Assembly: GCA_018304465.1 (NCBI GenBank)
Contig: JAGVWC010000011.1
Location: 64,001-128,000, forward strand
Length of the DNA stretch: 64,000 bases
Origin: Candidatus Iainarchaeum sp.
GTDB lineage: Archaea; Iainarchaeota; Iainarchaeia; Iainarchaeales; JAGVWC01
Direction: 5' to 3'
A program made the translations under genes and the position numbers. The notes beneath the pieces were generated by a model that saw nothing but the letters and a program-made list of their open reading frames with translations, ran no database searches and had not been told where the DNA came from. Shown here in pieces: positions 39,740 to 50,572 of the stretch; positions within the stretch are counted from its first letter, which is position 1, and each line of letters starts with the position of its first letter.

Positions 39740-41674
39740 CTATTTTCCCGCTTTGAACCGTTTTTCCATCTGATGAATCCGGTCCCGAAGCACGATCGCT
39801 TTTTCAAACTGCAGTTCTTCCGCGGCCACGTTCATTTCCGCTTCGAGTTCGATCAGCAACGCGGGAATATTGTCCTTTGGAATCGTTTCCACGCTTGACA
39901 AATCCATATCGCCTTCCTTGATGGCCTTGATGATCGTTTTCGGAACGATCCCGTGTTTTTCGTTGAACTCCAGTTGCTTGGCGCGGCGACGATTCGTCTC
40001 GTCAATCGCCCGTTTCATCGAATCCGTCATCCGGGAAGAATACAAAATCACGCGTCCCTCGGAATTCCGCGCCGCACGTCCAATCGTCTGGATCAACGAC
40101 CGGTCGTTTCGCAAAAAACCTTCCTGATCCGCGTCCAAAATCGCGACCAAAGCGACTTCCGGAATATCCAATCCTTCGCGCAGCAAATTGATTCCGACCA
40201 ACGTGTCGAATTTTTTCAATCGCAACTGGCGAATCACTTCGGTTCGCTCCAACGTATCGATTTCCGAATGCAAATATCTCACTTTCAATTGTTTTTTGGC
40301 GAAAAACTCGGTCAAATCCTCCGCCATTTTCTTGGTCAAGGTCGTTACCAGCGTTCGAAAACCCTTTGCGGTGGTTGATTCGATTTCTTTGAACAAATCA
40401 TTCACCTGATCGTTTGACGGACGCACTTCAATGATCGGATCCACAAGCCCTGTGGGACGAATGATCTGTTCCACGACTTTTTTCGAATGCTTAAACTCGT
40501 AATCCGCCGGCGTCGCGCTCGTAAACACCACGTTTTTGAGGTATTTTTCGAATTCCTCGAACGAAAGCGGACGGTTATCGAACGCGCTGGGCAACCGAAA
40601 CCCATGGTCCACCAGGCTTTTTTTGCGCGACTGATCCCCTTTCAACATTCCGTGAATCTGCGGCAACGACACGTGCGATTCGTCGATAATCATCAAAAAA
40701 TCTTTCGGAAAAAAATCCAAGAGACAATACGGCGGCTCGCCGGGTTTTCGGCCGTCAAAATGACGCGAATAATTCTCGATTCCGCTGCAATACCCGAGTT
40801 CCTCGATCATTTCCAAATCATAAAACGTGCGCGAACGCAAGCGTTCTTGTTCCAACGGACCCAAGTTCGGCAGCCATTCCTTTAACTCTGTTCGAATCGA
40901 TTCGATCGCCCGGTTCCGCTGGTCTTCTTCGATCACGAAGTGCCGCGCGGGAAACAACACGATCGCATTCATTTTTTCGACCAATTGGTTCGTTAACGCG
41001 TTTCGAACCGAAATCGCCTCTACCGTGTCCCCGAAAAACTCGATGCGCGTAAACGAGTCATCGGTTCCGCTTCGAATATCCACAATATCGCCCAGCACCC
41101 GGATTTTTCCCGGCGAAAAATCGACATTGTTGCGCTGATACTGAATATCCACCAGCTTTTCAATCAAAGTATTGCGGTTAATTTCCTCGCCGACCCGCAC
41201 CGAAACCGCCATTTTGGCATAGTTTTCCGGGTCCCCCAACCCATAAATACACGAGACACTTGAAACAATGATCACGTCTTTTCGCGTCATCAACGCATGC
41301 GTGGCCTCCAGGCGCAATTGCTCGATTTTTTCATTGATTTGCGCGTCTTTTTCAATATACACGTCTTTTCCCGGCAAATACGATTCCGGCTGGTAATAAT
41401 CGTAATACGAAACAAAATAATGCACCGAATTATTCGGAAAAAACGCCTTGAACTCGTTAAACAACTGGGCCGCCAAGGTCTTGTTGTGACACAACACCAA
41501 CGTGGGTTTTTGGACTTTTTCAATCACGTTTGAAACCGTAAACGTCTTTCCGCTGCCCGTGACCCCAAGCAACGTGAGCAACCCGCCGGTCTTGAGGCCT
41601 TCGGCTAATTCTTTAATCGCTTGGGGCTGGTCTCCAGCAGGCTGGAACGAACTTTCCACTTTGAATAGAGGCAT
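39740..41674 (-). CDS. uvrB: Excinuclease ABC subunit B
   Basis: GVTGSGKT, YYDYYQPE, DESH, GRAARN. Confidence 0.98.
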   Translation of the reverse strand: MPLFKVESSFQPAGDQPQAIKELAEGLKTGGLLTLLGVTGSGKTFTVSNVIEKVQKPTLVLCHNKTLAAQLFNEFKAFFPNNSVHYFVSYYDYYQPESYLPGKDVYIEKDAQINEKIEQLRLEATHALMTRKDVIIVSSVSCIYGLGDPENYAKMAVSVRVGEEINRNTLIEKLVDIQYQRNNVDFSPGKIRVLGDIVDIRSGTDDSFTRIEFFGDTVEAISVRNALTNQLVEKMNAIVLFPARHFVIEEDQRNRAIESIRTELKEWLPNLGPLEQERLRSRTFYDLEMIEELGYCSGIENYSRHFDGRKPGEPPYCLLDFFPKDFLMIIDESHVSLPQIHGMLKGDQSRKKSLVDHGFRLPSAFDNRPLSFEEFEKYLKNVVFTSATPADYEFKHSKKVVEQIIRPTGLVDPIIEVRPSNDQVNDLFKEIESTTAKGFRTLVTTLTKKMAEDLTEFFAKKQLKVRYLHSEIDTLERTEVIRQLRLKKFDTLVGINLLREGLDIPEVALVAILDADQEGFLRNDRSLIQTIGRAARNSEGRVILYSSRMTDSMKRAIDETNRRRAKQLEFNEKHGIVPKTIIKAIKEGDMDLSSVETIPKDNIPALLIELEAEMNVAAEELQFEKAIVLRDRIHQMEKRFKAGK

Positions 41675-41866
41675 ATCTCATCAGACAAATAATTTTTTTG
41701 GGGAATTCGGCACCTGCTCGTAGAATGAAAGGAAAAAACAGGAACAGAACAAACAATTAGTTCAGGAAAACGTTAAAAGAATATGCAAGCCGATTCGCCA
41801 GTAAAACCCGACAAAAACCACAAGCAAAAGTCTCAAGCCGAAAAAACATTTTTGAAAAGGTTCTTC

Positions 41867-42619
41867 TTACGCTTTACTTGCTTCCCACATAATATTGAAG
41901 TAAACCTTAAAGCTATCCGCCAAAGATTTGTCCCGAACCAATAACGCAAGCGGGGTTTTTAACACAAAACAAAATAGCACGCATTCATTGTAAATATCCA
42001 CCCAATTCGGACTGACCAGCTCATTTGGCAGGTATCGAACTTTTGTTAACTTGAATTTTTTTCGAACTTGTCCAAAATCACGCACATTGCTGTTATACAA
42101 AATTTTCATGCGAATTCCACGACTTTCCCGTCGACGATGAAAATTCAAAAACCACGACTCCCATTTTTCGTTTGCGATGCGAGGAGCCCCAAAAACAAGC
42201 AAGGAATCCCCTGATTTTAGGCCTTTAAGCAATTCTTCGCGAACGGACCGCAAACCATGAAAACCTTCGGTTACTTCCGCAAAAGACCCAAAGGAAAAAG
42301 ATTTCCGCTGCTGTTCAAGGGATGGAAGCAGCGTCAAAATCTTTTTCTTCATCACGGCTAATTTTTGCTCTTTTTTTTGAACATACTCGACTAGGGTGTG
42401 GGTATCATTTGCAAGAAACTGTTTCACTCTGTTTTTGATAATGTATCCGGCTAAGCCCTTGTCAATCAACCGGTTTAAAATGTCATAAATCTTAGATTTT
42501 GAAACACCGCTTTCCTTGGCTATTCTTCCAACACCGCTTTCCCCCAAGCGAACCAACGAAAAATACACTCGTGTTTCTCCGTTGCTTAATCCCAATTCTC
42601 GAAAAACTTCTTCTTCCAT
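41867..42619 (-). CDS. TrmB-family transcriptional regulator
   Basis: LGLS.GE.RVY..L; HTH SKSKIYDIL.RLIDKGL; F..YF..MW C-terminus. Confidence 0.88.
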   Translation of the reverse strand: MEEEVFRELGLSNGETRVYFSLVRLGESGVGRIAKESGVSKSKIYDILNRLIDKGLAGYIIKNRVKQFLANDTHTLVEYVQKKEQKLAVMKKKILTLLPSLEQQRKSFSFGSFAEVTEGFHGLRSVREELLKGLKSGDSLLVFGAPRIANEKWESWFLNFHRRRESRGIRMKILYNSNVRDFGQVRKKFKLTKVRYLPNELVSPNWVDIYNECVLFCFVLKTPLALLVRDKSLADSFKVYFNIMWEASKA

Positions 42620-42697
42620 AACCTATTTACAAAACAAATGTATTAAAAGTATCCCCCTAGGGGGGAAATCGAAAATATATGGCTAAAACACAGCAAT

Positions 42698-43411
42698 ATG
42701 TATGGTGAAAAAGTGGCAAATGCTCGACCAGACGAATTAAACTATGACCAATACGAAAAGAAAAAATACGATCATGATATCGTACGGGTAATCCCAGGTC
42801 ATGAAGAAGTACATAAACAAATTCCAAGGTTACTGCTAGGAATAAACCAAAAAAAACCAAAAATTCTTGAACTTGGAATCGGTACCGGAATAACCGCGGA
42901 TATCATCCTACGAAGGTTCCCAAAAGCGCAATATATTGGAATCGATTTTTCAAAAAATATGCTTGTAGGCGCACAACAGCGGTTAGAACCGTACAAACCC
43001 ACTTTGATCTGTGCAGATTATGCCACATGCAAATGGCCAATTGAAAATGATGTCATCGTCTCTGTGATTTCGATTCATCATCAAGAAACAGACAGGGATA
43101 AGAAAAAATTATTCAAAAAAATTTATCGCCATCTTGCGGCGGGAGGAATCTTTATTTTTGGAGACCTAGTCACTTTCGAAGACAAAAATACCGCCGCATT
43201 CAACGAAGCACTTCATTTCCATCACCTGGTCGAAAACGCTTCTAGCCGGAAAAATCTCACGGAATGGGCGTTTCATCATAAATATCTCAATTGCTTGGCT
43301 CCTGTCGAAAAACAACTCCAGTGGCTTCAGCAAACCGGATTTGAAAAAGTCCGCCTGATTTACCACCGATATAATACCGTTCTTATTGTCGCCAACAAGG
43401 GTCATTTATGA
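42698..43411 (+). CDS. Class I SAM-dependent methyltransferase (CmoA-like)
   Basis: YD..I...IPG, ILELGIGTG, GIDFS, SIHH, GGIFIFGD. Confidence 0.85.
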   Translation: MYGEKVANARPDELNYDQYEKKKYDHDIVRVIPGHEEVHKQIPRLLLGINQKKPKILELGIGTGITADIILRRFPKAQYIGIDFSKNMLVGAQQRLEPYKPTLICADYATCKWPIENDVIVSVISIHHQETDRDKKKLFKKIYRHLAAGGIFIFGDLVTFEDKNTAAFNEALHFHHLVENASSRKNLTEWAFHHKYLNCLAPVEKQLQWLQQTGFEKVRLIYHRYNTVLIVANKGHL

Positions 43412-44781
43412 AATTTCAAGCAATCGCGCGTGTTATCGGTCAAAAGAATAGATTTCGAACTATTTGTGGATCTACTGTTCGGGTGATTCGATTAAACAAT
43501 GCCGCCACCACGCCTCCGTTTGTAGAAACATGCTCTGCCGTAAACCGATTTCTTAAAACCTATGGCGCTCTTCACAGAGGCGCCGGACCCAATGCCAATA
43601 AAACCGTAAACGAAGTTAATCAGTCGGTTCGAATTATCCGCTCATTTGTAAATGCATCCAAAGACCAGTCCGTTTTATTCACTCAAAACACCAGTGAAGC
43701 GATCAATCTCTTGGCTCGACTCTTTCGTCTGAATAAAAAAGACGTTATTTTGACTTCTTCCGTTGAACATACTTCCAACAATCTTCCCTGGAGATATAAT
43801 ACTCCCGCCAAAATAGTATCCGTTCATTCATTTCCGGATGGCTCACTTGATCTGCGGGATTTTGAAAAAAAGGCAATTCGATTTCGAAAAAAACTACGAA
43901 TCGTTGCGATTACGGGTGCTTCGAATCAGACAGGATATATCCCCAATATCCCGAAAATTTCCAAAATAACACACCAGAATAACGGGCTTCTCTTTATTGA
44001 TGCGGCTCAATTGGCGCCTCATCGACCGATAAATATGAAACGCGACGGGATTGATGCGTTGGCTTTTTCAGGGCATAAACTATATGCGCCCTTTGGAACC
44101 GGAGTTCTGGTCCTTCCGCAAAAGCTGTTAGATTCCGTTCCCGTGAATCCCGGCGGGGGATCAATCGACATGATTAGTACTCACGGAATCATCTGGTCGG
44201 CGCCAGCAGTGCGGCATCAGACCGGTACCTGGAACGCCACAGGAATAATTGCATTGGGCGCAAGCTGTCGGATCATTCGAAAAATAGGCTGGAAAAAAAT
44301 TATGAAACACGAACGGCAATTGCTCAATTATACGCTTCAACAGTTGCAAAAAATTCCGGAAGTAACCTTATATGTTTCTCCAGAAAAATATCTTTTGGAA
44401 AACCGGGTCGCGACAATCCCCTTCAATCTGAAAGGATTTCATCATGCCAAACTATCCGCAATACTTGATCATGAATACGGGATTGAAACTCGTGCTGGAA
44501 CCATTTGCAATCACCAATTAGTCCGAAAATGGTTTCAGGTCAGCAACAAGACCCAAAAAGAAATCGAAAAGAAAATCCGAAAAAAAAATCGATTGGCAAG
44601 TTATGGAATTGTACGAATCAGTATCGGTCTGCACAACAGCTTTTCAGACATGAGAAAATTGATTCGAGCAATAAAAAAAGTGAATCAAAATGGATCCGCA
44701 CTGAAATACAAGCCAGATCCACTTGACGAAACATTTGTTCCCGATCAACGTCAGGTTCCTTCTTTCCACGACGCCAAATAG
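43408..44781 (+). CDS. Class V PLP-dependent enzyme (SufS-like cysteine desulfurase)
   Basis: LNNAATT, EHTSN, DAAQ, SGHKLYAP, RAGTIC. Confidence 0.88.
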   Translation: MKFQAIARVIGQKNRFRTICGSTVRVIRLNNAATTPPFVETCSAVNRFLKTYGALHRGAGPNANKTVNEVNQSVRIIRSFVNASKDQSVLFTQNTSEAINLLARLFRLNKKDVILTSSVEHTSNNLPWRYNTPAKIVSVHSFPDGSLDLRDFEKKAIRFRKKLRIVAITGASNQTGYIPNIPKISKITHQNNGLLFIDAAQLAPHRPINMKRDGIDALAFSGHKLYAPFGTGVLVLPQKLLDSVPVNPGGGSIDMISTHGIIWSAPAVRHQTGTWNATGIIALGASCRIIRKIGWKKIMKHERQLLNYTLQQLQKIPEVTLYVSPEKYLLENRVATIPFNLKGFHHAKLSAILDHEYGIETRAGTICNHQLVRKWFQVSNKTQKEIEKKIRKKNRLASYGIVRISIGLHNSFSDMRKLIRAIKKVNQNGSALKYKPDPLDETFVPDQRQVPSFHDAK

Positions 44782-46007
44782 TCTTTTTGAGCCTGCGTTA
44801 ACTGGTCGATTTTGACGTTCAAACTATCCAGTTTGAGCTTGGCGATATTCGAATCCACTTCGCTTGGCAACACGTGCACGCCCGCTTTTAATTTTCCCTT
44901 GTTTTTGACGCCGAATTCGAGCGCCAATGCCTGGCCGCAAAAACTCAAATCCATGACTTCGGATGGATGACCTTCGGCCGCCGCGAGATTGACCAATCGT
45001 CCTTCACCGCACAAAAAAATCTTGTGCCCGTTTGGCAGTAAATACTCGTCTAATTGCCAGCGCAATCGGCGCTTTGATTTCGCGTTTTTTTCCAAGGCCT
45101 CAATATCGATTTCGACATTAAAGTGCCCGCTGTTCGCCAAAATCGCGCCGTTTTTCATTTCTTTCATATGATCCCAGGTAATGACATCTTTGTCACCTGT
45201 GACCGTAATGAAAATATCCGCGATCGAAGCAACATCCTTCATTTTCAGAACCCGAAAACCGTCCGCGTACGCCTGCAAACCACAAACCGAATCCACTTCC
45301 GTAACGATCACGTTGGCACCGAAGCCTTTGGCGCGCAATGCCACGCCTTTTCCGCAATCCCCGTACCCCGCAATGACCACGGTTTTTCCCGCGAACAAAA
45401 TATTGGTCGCGCGAAGAATGCCATCCAAGGTCGATTGGCCGGTACCATAATAATTGTCAAACAAATGCTTGGTTTTGTTGTCGTTTACCGCGACAATCGG
45501 GTACCGCAACGCGTTATCGCGTTCCATCGCGCGCAACCGGATGATTCCCGTCGTGGTTTCTTCGGTTCCGACAATCAAATCCTTCAACAATTCCGGCCGC
45601 TTCAAATGAATTTCCGAAATCAAATCCGCACCGTCATCAATCGTGGCCTGCGGTTTGAAATCCAGCACCGCGTTCAAAAATTTGTAGTAATCTTCCTTGG
45701 TTTCTCCTTTGTACGCGTACACCCGCACGCCTTCCGCCGCCAACGCCGCCGCCACGTCGTCTTGGGTGGACAACGGATTACAACCCGTGATCGCGACTTC
45801 GGCTCCGCCCGCAATCAACGTTCGAACCAATACCCCGGTTTCTTTGGTGACATGCAACGCCATTCCAACGCGAATACCCTGGAGCGGCTTTTCTTTTTCA
45901 AAGCGTTTTCGAACCTGGGCCAAAGCACCCATCTGCATTTCCGCCCATTCCATATTTTTTTTTCCCTGTTCGGCCAAGGATTCGTCTTTCACAAAAAAAT
46001 TTTTCAT
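44751..46007 (-). CDS. ahcY: Adenosylhomocysteinase
   Basis: CNPLSTQD, EETTTG, GYGDCGKG, GRLVNL, GHP. Confidence 0.97.
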   Translation of the reverse strand: MKNFFVKDESLAEQGKKNMEWAEMQMGALAQVRKRFEKEKPLQGIRVGMALHVTKETGVLVRTLIAGGAEVAITGCNPLSTQDDVAAALAAEGVRVYAYKGETKEDYYKFLNAVLDFKPQATIDDGADLISEIHLKRPELLKDLIVGTEETTTGIIRLRAMERDNALRYPIVAVNDNKTKHLFDNYYGTGQSTLDGILRATNILFAGKTVVIAGYGDCGKGVALRAKGFGANVIVTEVDSVCGLQAYADGFRVLKMKDVASIADIFITVTGDKDVITWDHMKEMKNGAILANSGHFNVEIDIEALEKNAKSKRRLRWQLDEYLLPNGHKIFLCGEGRLVNLAAAEGHPSEVMDLSFCGQALALEFGVKNKGKLKAGVHVLPSEVDSNIAKLKLDSLNVKIDQLTQAQKDYLASWKEGT

Positions 46008-46147
46008 TCCGTCACTTCCGCAAAAAAAAAACCGGTCTTTTTTAGGATTCATGGGACGCATTCATTAAATATGTTTGGTTCAAACCCCAAAATCCACTCC
46101 AAAAGGTTTTATACATTTGCCAAAGGATTCTAATAACCGGTTACCCT

Positions 46148-47416
46148 ATGGCCCACACCACGTATTTCAGCGAAATATATCACAAGCCCATTTTGGACGA
46201 CAAGGGAAAACACCTGGAAAAACTATCCGACTTGATTTTTAAAGATGGAGAAGAACTCGCCGAAATCACGCACATGGTGCTGATCGTAAACGGAAAAAAA
46301 CTCAAATTCAAATGGGACTACGTGGCGACCATCGGACCCAAGATTTACCTTAACGCGGTCAAGGAAAAAGTGCACGTATCCGAAGTAACCGACTCGGATT
46401 TGCTGGTCAACGAAATCCTGATGGACCGCCAGTTGGTCGACATCAACGGACTCAAAGTCGTGCGTGTCAATGACGTGTTGTTGACCAAAAACAAGCAAAA
46501 ATTCTTCATTTCCGCCGTCGGAGTGGGTCTTCGAAGCCTTCTTCGCCGCCTCGGACTCGAAAAACCCGTGCTGCTCGCGATTCCGAATCTCAAAGCAAAC
46601 CTCGTGCCCTGGCAGTACGTGCAGTCGCTTTCCACCGCAAGCTCCCACTTAGAACTCAAGTTTTCCAGACAAAAAATAAACGACGTTCATCCCGCGGACA
46701 TCGCGGACTTGATGGACGAATTATCGCATTCCGAACGACAGATCCTGTTCAATTCGTTGGATGAACAAACCGCGGCCGAAACACTCGCAGAAGCCCAACC
46801 CGAAATCCAGCGAAGCCTGGTGGAACACCTTCACGAAGCCAAGATGAATTCGATTCTGCGCAAATTATCCCCCTCCGAAATCGTCGATTTGTTCGGAAGC
46901 GCTTCCACGGCGTCACGCGTCAAGCTATTCGCATTGATGGAACAAATGGACAAACAAGTATTCAAAAAAATCGCCCGATTACTGCCGTTTCCAGACGAAT
47001 GGGCCGGCGGACTGATGAAAACCGAATATTTCGCCATTCCCGTGAATTTCACGGTCCAACAAACGCGCAATTACCTCAAAAAACAAAAAGACATCGAGGA
47101 TTTTCATCATTTATACGTGGTTGACGAGGAAAGAAAACTCGTAGGACAATTATTGTTAAAAGATTTGTTCCTGCAAAAATCAAAATCAAAAATCCGAGAC
47201 ATCATGGATTCGCAAGTGATTTACGTGCACCTCAAAGACCCGCTTAAAAAAGTCGCGAATACGTTCTCGAAATACCACTTGTACGCGTTACCCGTCGTTG
47301 ACAAAAACGAACGACTCGCGGGCATCATCACCATGAATGACGTCTTCGAAGAAGTCTCGCCCAAACACTGGCGCAAACAATCGTACTTTGCCAAACGCAC
47401 CCACCCCGAAAAATGA
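46148..47416 (+). CDS. PRC-barrel/MgtE-N/CBS-domain protein
   Basis: DRQLVDINGLKVVRVND, HPADIAD, AGGLM.TEY, CBS pair. Confidence 0.85.
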   Translation: MAHTTYFSEIYHKPILDDKGKHLEKLSDLIFKDGEELAEITHMVLIVNGKKLKFKWDYVATIGPKIYLNAVKEKVHVSEVTDSDLLVNEILMDRQLVDINGLKVVRVNDVLLTKNKQKFFISAVGVGLRSLLRRLGLEKPVLLAIPNLKANLVPWQYVQSLSTASSHLELKFSRQKINDVHPADIADLMDELSHSERQILFNSLDEQTAAETLAEAQPEIQRSLVEHLHEAKMNSILRKLSPSEIVDLFGSASTASRVKLFALMEQMDKQVFKKIARLLPFPDEWAGGLMKTEYFAIPVNFTVQQTRNYLKKQKDIEDFHHLYVVDEERKLVGQLLLKDLFLQKSKSKIRDIMDSQVIYVHLKDPLKKVANTFSKYHLYALPVVDKNERLAGIITMNDVFEEVSPKHWRKQSYFAKRTHPEK

Positions 47417-47425
47417 AGTGATGCC

Positions 47426-48667
47426 ATGGGATTCAAATTCGACAAAAAAACAATCCTGATTTTCCTGATGACGCTCGGCCCCGGAATCATTACGAGCGCC
47501 GTGGACAACGACGCCGGCGGCATCACGACGTACTCGATTGCCGGAGCGCACTTCGGATACTCGTTGCTTTGGACCATGATTCCGATCGCGATTCTTTTGA
47601 TCGTCATCCAGGAAATGGGAATCCGCATGGGAATCGCCACGGGCAAAGGATTATCCGACCTGATCCGCGAAAATTTCAAAGTCAAAATCACCATGCTGCT
47701 CATGATCGGGCTTGTTCTCACCAATCTGGGAAACGTCATCGCCGAATTCGCAGGAATCGCGGCATCGGGAGAATTATTTGCCATTCCCAAACTGATACTC
47801 GTTCCGTTATGCGCGATTTTCGTCTGGATCTTAATCGTCAAGGGAAACTACCAAAGCATCGAACGCGCGTTTTTGGTCGCCACCTTGTTTTATTTCTGTT
47901 ACGTCGCCGCGGGAATCATGTCAAATCCGGATTGGGCCGAAGTCGCTCGAAACGTTGTGACGCCCCAAATGGCGTTCGAAGCCGCTTATATCACGATCCT
48001 GGTGGGGCTGGTGGGAACCACGATCGCGCCCTGGATGCAGTTTTATTTACAATCCGCCGTGGTTGAAAAAGGCGTCAAAAAAGAACAATACCAATTTTCG
48101 CGTATCGACGTCATCATCGGAAGCCTGATCACCGTCGTCATCATGTTTTTCATCATCGTGGCGACCGCGGCGCTTCACCCAGCCGGAATCCGCATTGAAA
48201 CCGCCGGAGACGCCGCACGCGCATTGGAACCGCTCGCCGGGGCATACGCCACGATTCTGTTTGGCGTGGGATTGTTCGTGGCCTCGTTGTTTGCCGCCGC
48301 GATTCTTCCGCTTTCCACCGCGTATTTCGTTTGCGAAGCCTTCGGATGGAACAGCGGCGTCAACAAAACCCTAAAAGAAGCGCCTGAATTCTACGGTCTC
48401 ATCACGTTTTTGCTCGGAATCGGCGCCCTGATCATTTTACTGCCCGACATCCCGCTTGTCCGCATTATGTACTTTTCCCAAGTACTCAACGGTCTGATGC
48501 TGCCCGTCATTCTGATCATGATGCTGTTGCTCGTCAACAACAAAAAACTCATGGGAGAACACGCCAACGGCCAGTGGTTCAATATTTTTTCGATTGTTTC
48601 AATCGTGGTCCTGATTCTTTTGAACCTGACGATGATCGGACAAGCCATCGGCTTGATCCAATCCTAA
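47426..48667 (+). CDS. NRAMP-family divalent metal transporter
   Basis: GPGIIT..VDNDAGGITTYS, GTTIAPWM. Confidence 0.9.
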   Translation: MGFKFDKKTILIFLMTLGPGIITSAVDNDAGGITTYSIAGAHFGYSLLWTMIPIAILLIVIQEMGIRMGIATGKGLSDLIRENFKVKITMLLMIGLVLTNLGNVIAEFAGIAASGELFAIPKLILVPLCAIFVWILIVKGNYQSIERAFLVATLFYFCYVAAGIMSNPDWAEVARNVVTPQMAFEAAYITILVGLVGTTIAPWMQFYLQSAVVEKGVKKEQYQFSRIDVIIGSLITVVIMFFIIVATAALHPAGIRIETAGDAARALEPLAGAYATILFGVGLFVASLFAAAILPLSTAYFVCEAFGWNSGVNKTLKEAPEFYGLITFLLGIGALIILLPDIPLVRIMYFSQVLNGLMLPVILIMMLLLVNNKKLMGEHANGQWFNIFSIVSIVVLILLNLTMIGQAIGLIQS

Positions 48668-48692
48668 AAATCGTTTGCAAAAAGAAACCGGT

Positions 48693-48896
48693 TCAATCAA
48701 TCCATTTGAACTGGCAGGTTTTGCATACCCAGTCCGGGTTTCCTTCTTCGTAAAAATTTCCGCCGACAATCGCCCGTCCCGCGGCGACTTCTTGTCTTAG
48801 ATTCGAATCCATTTCCGCGTACACGATGGGAACTACGTTGGTTCCTCGGCACTTGGGACAATTCGGTTTTAGAAACTGTATCGCCATCACAAACAC
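48693..48896 (-). CDS. Small zinc-ribbon protein
   Basis: CPKC...VPIVY...WVCKTC. Confidence 0.65.
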   Translation of the reverse strand: MFVMAIQFLKPNCPKCRGTNVVPIVYAEMDSNLRQEVAAGRAIVGGNFYEEGNPDWVCKTCQFKWID

Positions 48897-48901
48897 CTCG
48901 C

Positions 48902-49813
48902 TTAAAATAAAACGATTTTTCTGAATTCTCTTACGCGTTGCCGGATTTCGGTTTGGGTCAGCGACAAGAGCCGATTGAACGAAAAGTCTTCGGCGTTAAA
49001 CGACGCCACCGCGCTTGCCGTCACCAAGGCGCGTCGAATATTTGATTCGTCAAAATTCATGGATTGCGCCAAAAACCCCAAAAAAGCCCCCGCGAACGCG
49101 TCTCCGCACCCCGTGGGATCCTTGATGTTTTCCAACGCGTATCCCGGCAAGGCAAAATACGAATTGTTATCCGAAAAAAGCACCACGCCGTTTTCGCCTT
49201 TCTTGATAATCGCGTACTTGGAATTCAGTTTCAAAATTTCCTTGGCGCATTTCACCAGATTCGTTGTTTTAAACAACATGCGCGCTTCCGCGTCGTTCAT
49301 CAACCCGATGTCCGCGCTTCTCACCATTTCGCGTACTTTGGCCGGATTTTTCTTGATGTAAAAATTCATGGTGTCGCACACCGACAACCGGGGCTTTCGC
49401 GCCATTTGCTTTAACACCGACAACTGCTGTTCCGGATCGGAATTGGCCAAAAACAAAAAAGGAATCCGCGCGTGTCTTTCGGACAACGTCGGAACAAAAT
49501 CCGCGTACGCGTTCAATTTGATCGCGTCTGTTTTGGCGTCGTTAATATCGTATCCGTAATGCGCCCGCCACACCATGGTTTTCTTGGACGGATGCACTTC
49601 GATTCCACTGGTGTCAATTCCTTGTTTTTCAAATACTTCCATGTGTTTTTTGGAAAAATCTTTTCCCACCATCGACACCAACGCAGTGGGAACAAAAAAA
49701 CTCGCGGCAATCGCGGAATACGAACCGGATCCGCCCACGACTTTGTTGGCCCGGCCAAACGGCGTGGAAACCGAATCGATTCCAATGCTTCCAACCGACA
49801 ACAAATTCGGCAT
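48902..49813 (-). CDS. PfkB-family carbohydrate/nucleoside kinase
   Basis: GGSG, N..EA, DPTGCGDAFAG. Confidence 0.9.
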   Translation of the reverse strand: MPNLLSVGSIGIDSVSTPFGRANKVVGGSGSYSAIAASFFVPTALVSMVGKDFSKKHMEVFEKQGIDTSGIEVHPSKKTMVWRAHYGYDINDAKTDAIKLNAYADFVPTLSERHARIPFLFLANSDPEQQLSVLKQMARKPRLSVCDTMNFYIKKNPAKVREMVRSADIGLMNDAEARMLFKTTNLVKCAKEILKLNSKYAIIKKGENGVVLFSDNNSYFALPGYALENIKDPTGCGDAFAGAFLGFLAQSMNFDESNIRRALVTASAVASFNAEDFSFNRLLSLTQTEIRQRVREFRKIVLF

Positions 49814-50500
49814 TTATTTTTTCCCCTTTTTCGAACCCGGAACCATCTGGTTTTTGACGGCGTCCAGTTTGGCGGTAATGTCGGACAAAATCTTCGGGAT
49901 TTCCCCGCCCGCATTCACTTCGAATACCATTCCGCGTTTCTTGTAAAAATCAATAATGGGACGCGTTTGTTCTTCGAACAATTGCCAGCGTTTTCGAATC
50001 GCTTCTTCCTTGTCGTCTTCGCGCTGGTACAGTTCTCCGCCGTCCAAATCGCATTTGCCCGGAACTTTGGAAGGCAAATTCGTCACGTGATAAATCTTTC
50101 CGCATACCTTGCATTGAATGCGACCCGTAATGCGCTGCAACAAAATCTTGTCATCAGCCCCAAACAACAAAACCAAATCAAGTTTTTTTTTCGTTTGATC
50201 CATCAAAGAATCCAGCATCTGGGCTTGCTTGACGGTTCGAGGATACCCGTCCAGAATAAAACCGTTTTTGCAGTCCTCCGCGCCAAGACGCAATTCCAAC
50301 AATTGCGAAACCAGTTCATCCGAAACCAATCCGCCTTCTTTCATGGTTTTGGCGACACGTTGACCCAGCGGGGACGGCTTTTTGGCTTCTTCGCGCAGCA
50401 AATCGCCCGTTGAAATCTGCGGCAAGGAATACTTCGCGCTGATGCGCTGGGCATAGGTTCCTTTTCCAACGCCTTGCTTTCCCAAAAACACCAAATTCAT
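49814..50500 (-). CDS. adk: Adenylate kinase (bacterial type with LID domain)
   Basis: GKGT, STGDLLR, LDGYPRT, QREDD. Confidence 0.95.
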   Translation of the reverse strand: MNLVFLGKQGVGKGTYAQRISAKYSLPQISTGDLLREEAKKPSPLGQRVAKTMKEGGLVSDELVSQLLELRLGAEDCKNGFILDGYPRTVKQAQMLDSLMDQTKKKLDLVLLFGADDKILLQRITGRIQCKVCGKIYHVTNLPSKVPGKCDLDGGELYQREDDKEEAIRKRWQLFEEQTRPIIDFYKKRGMVFEVNAGGEIPKILSDITAKLDAVKNQMVPGSKKGKK

Positions 50501-50572
50501 TTTTCCGACCTCGCTCTTGCTGATTACAAGAACACCGCACTTTTTAAAAGTGTTCCCCCAAAACCACTCGGA

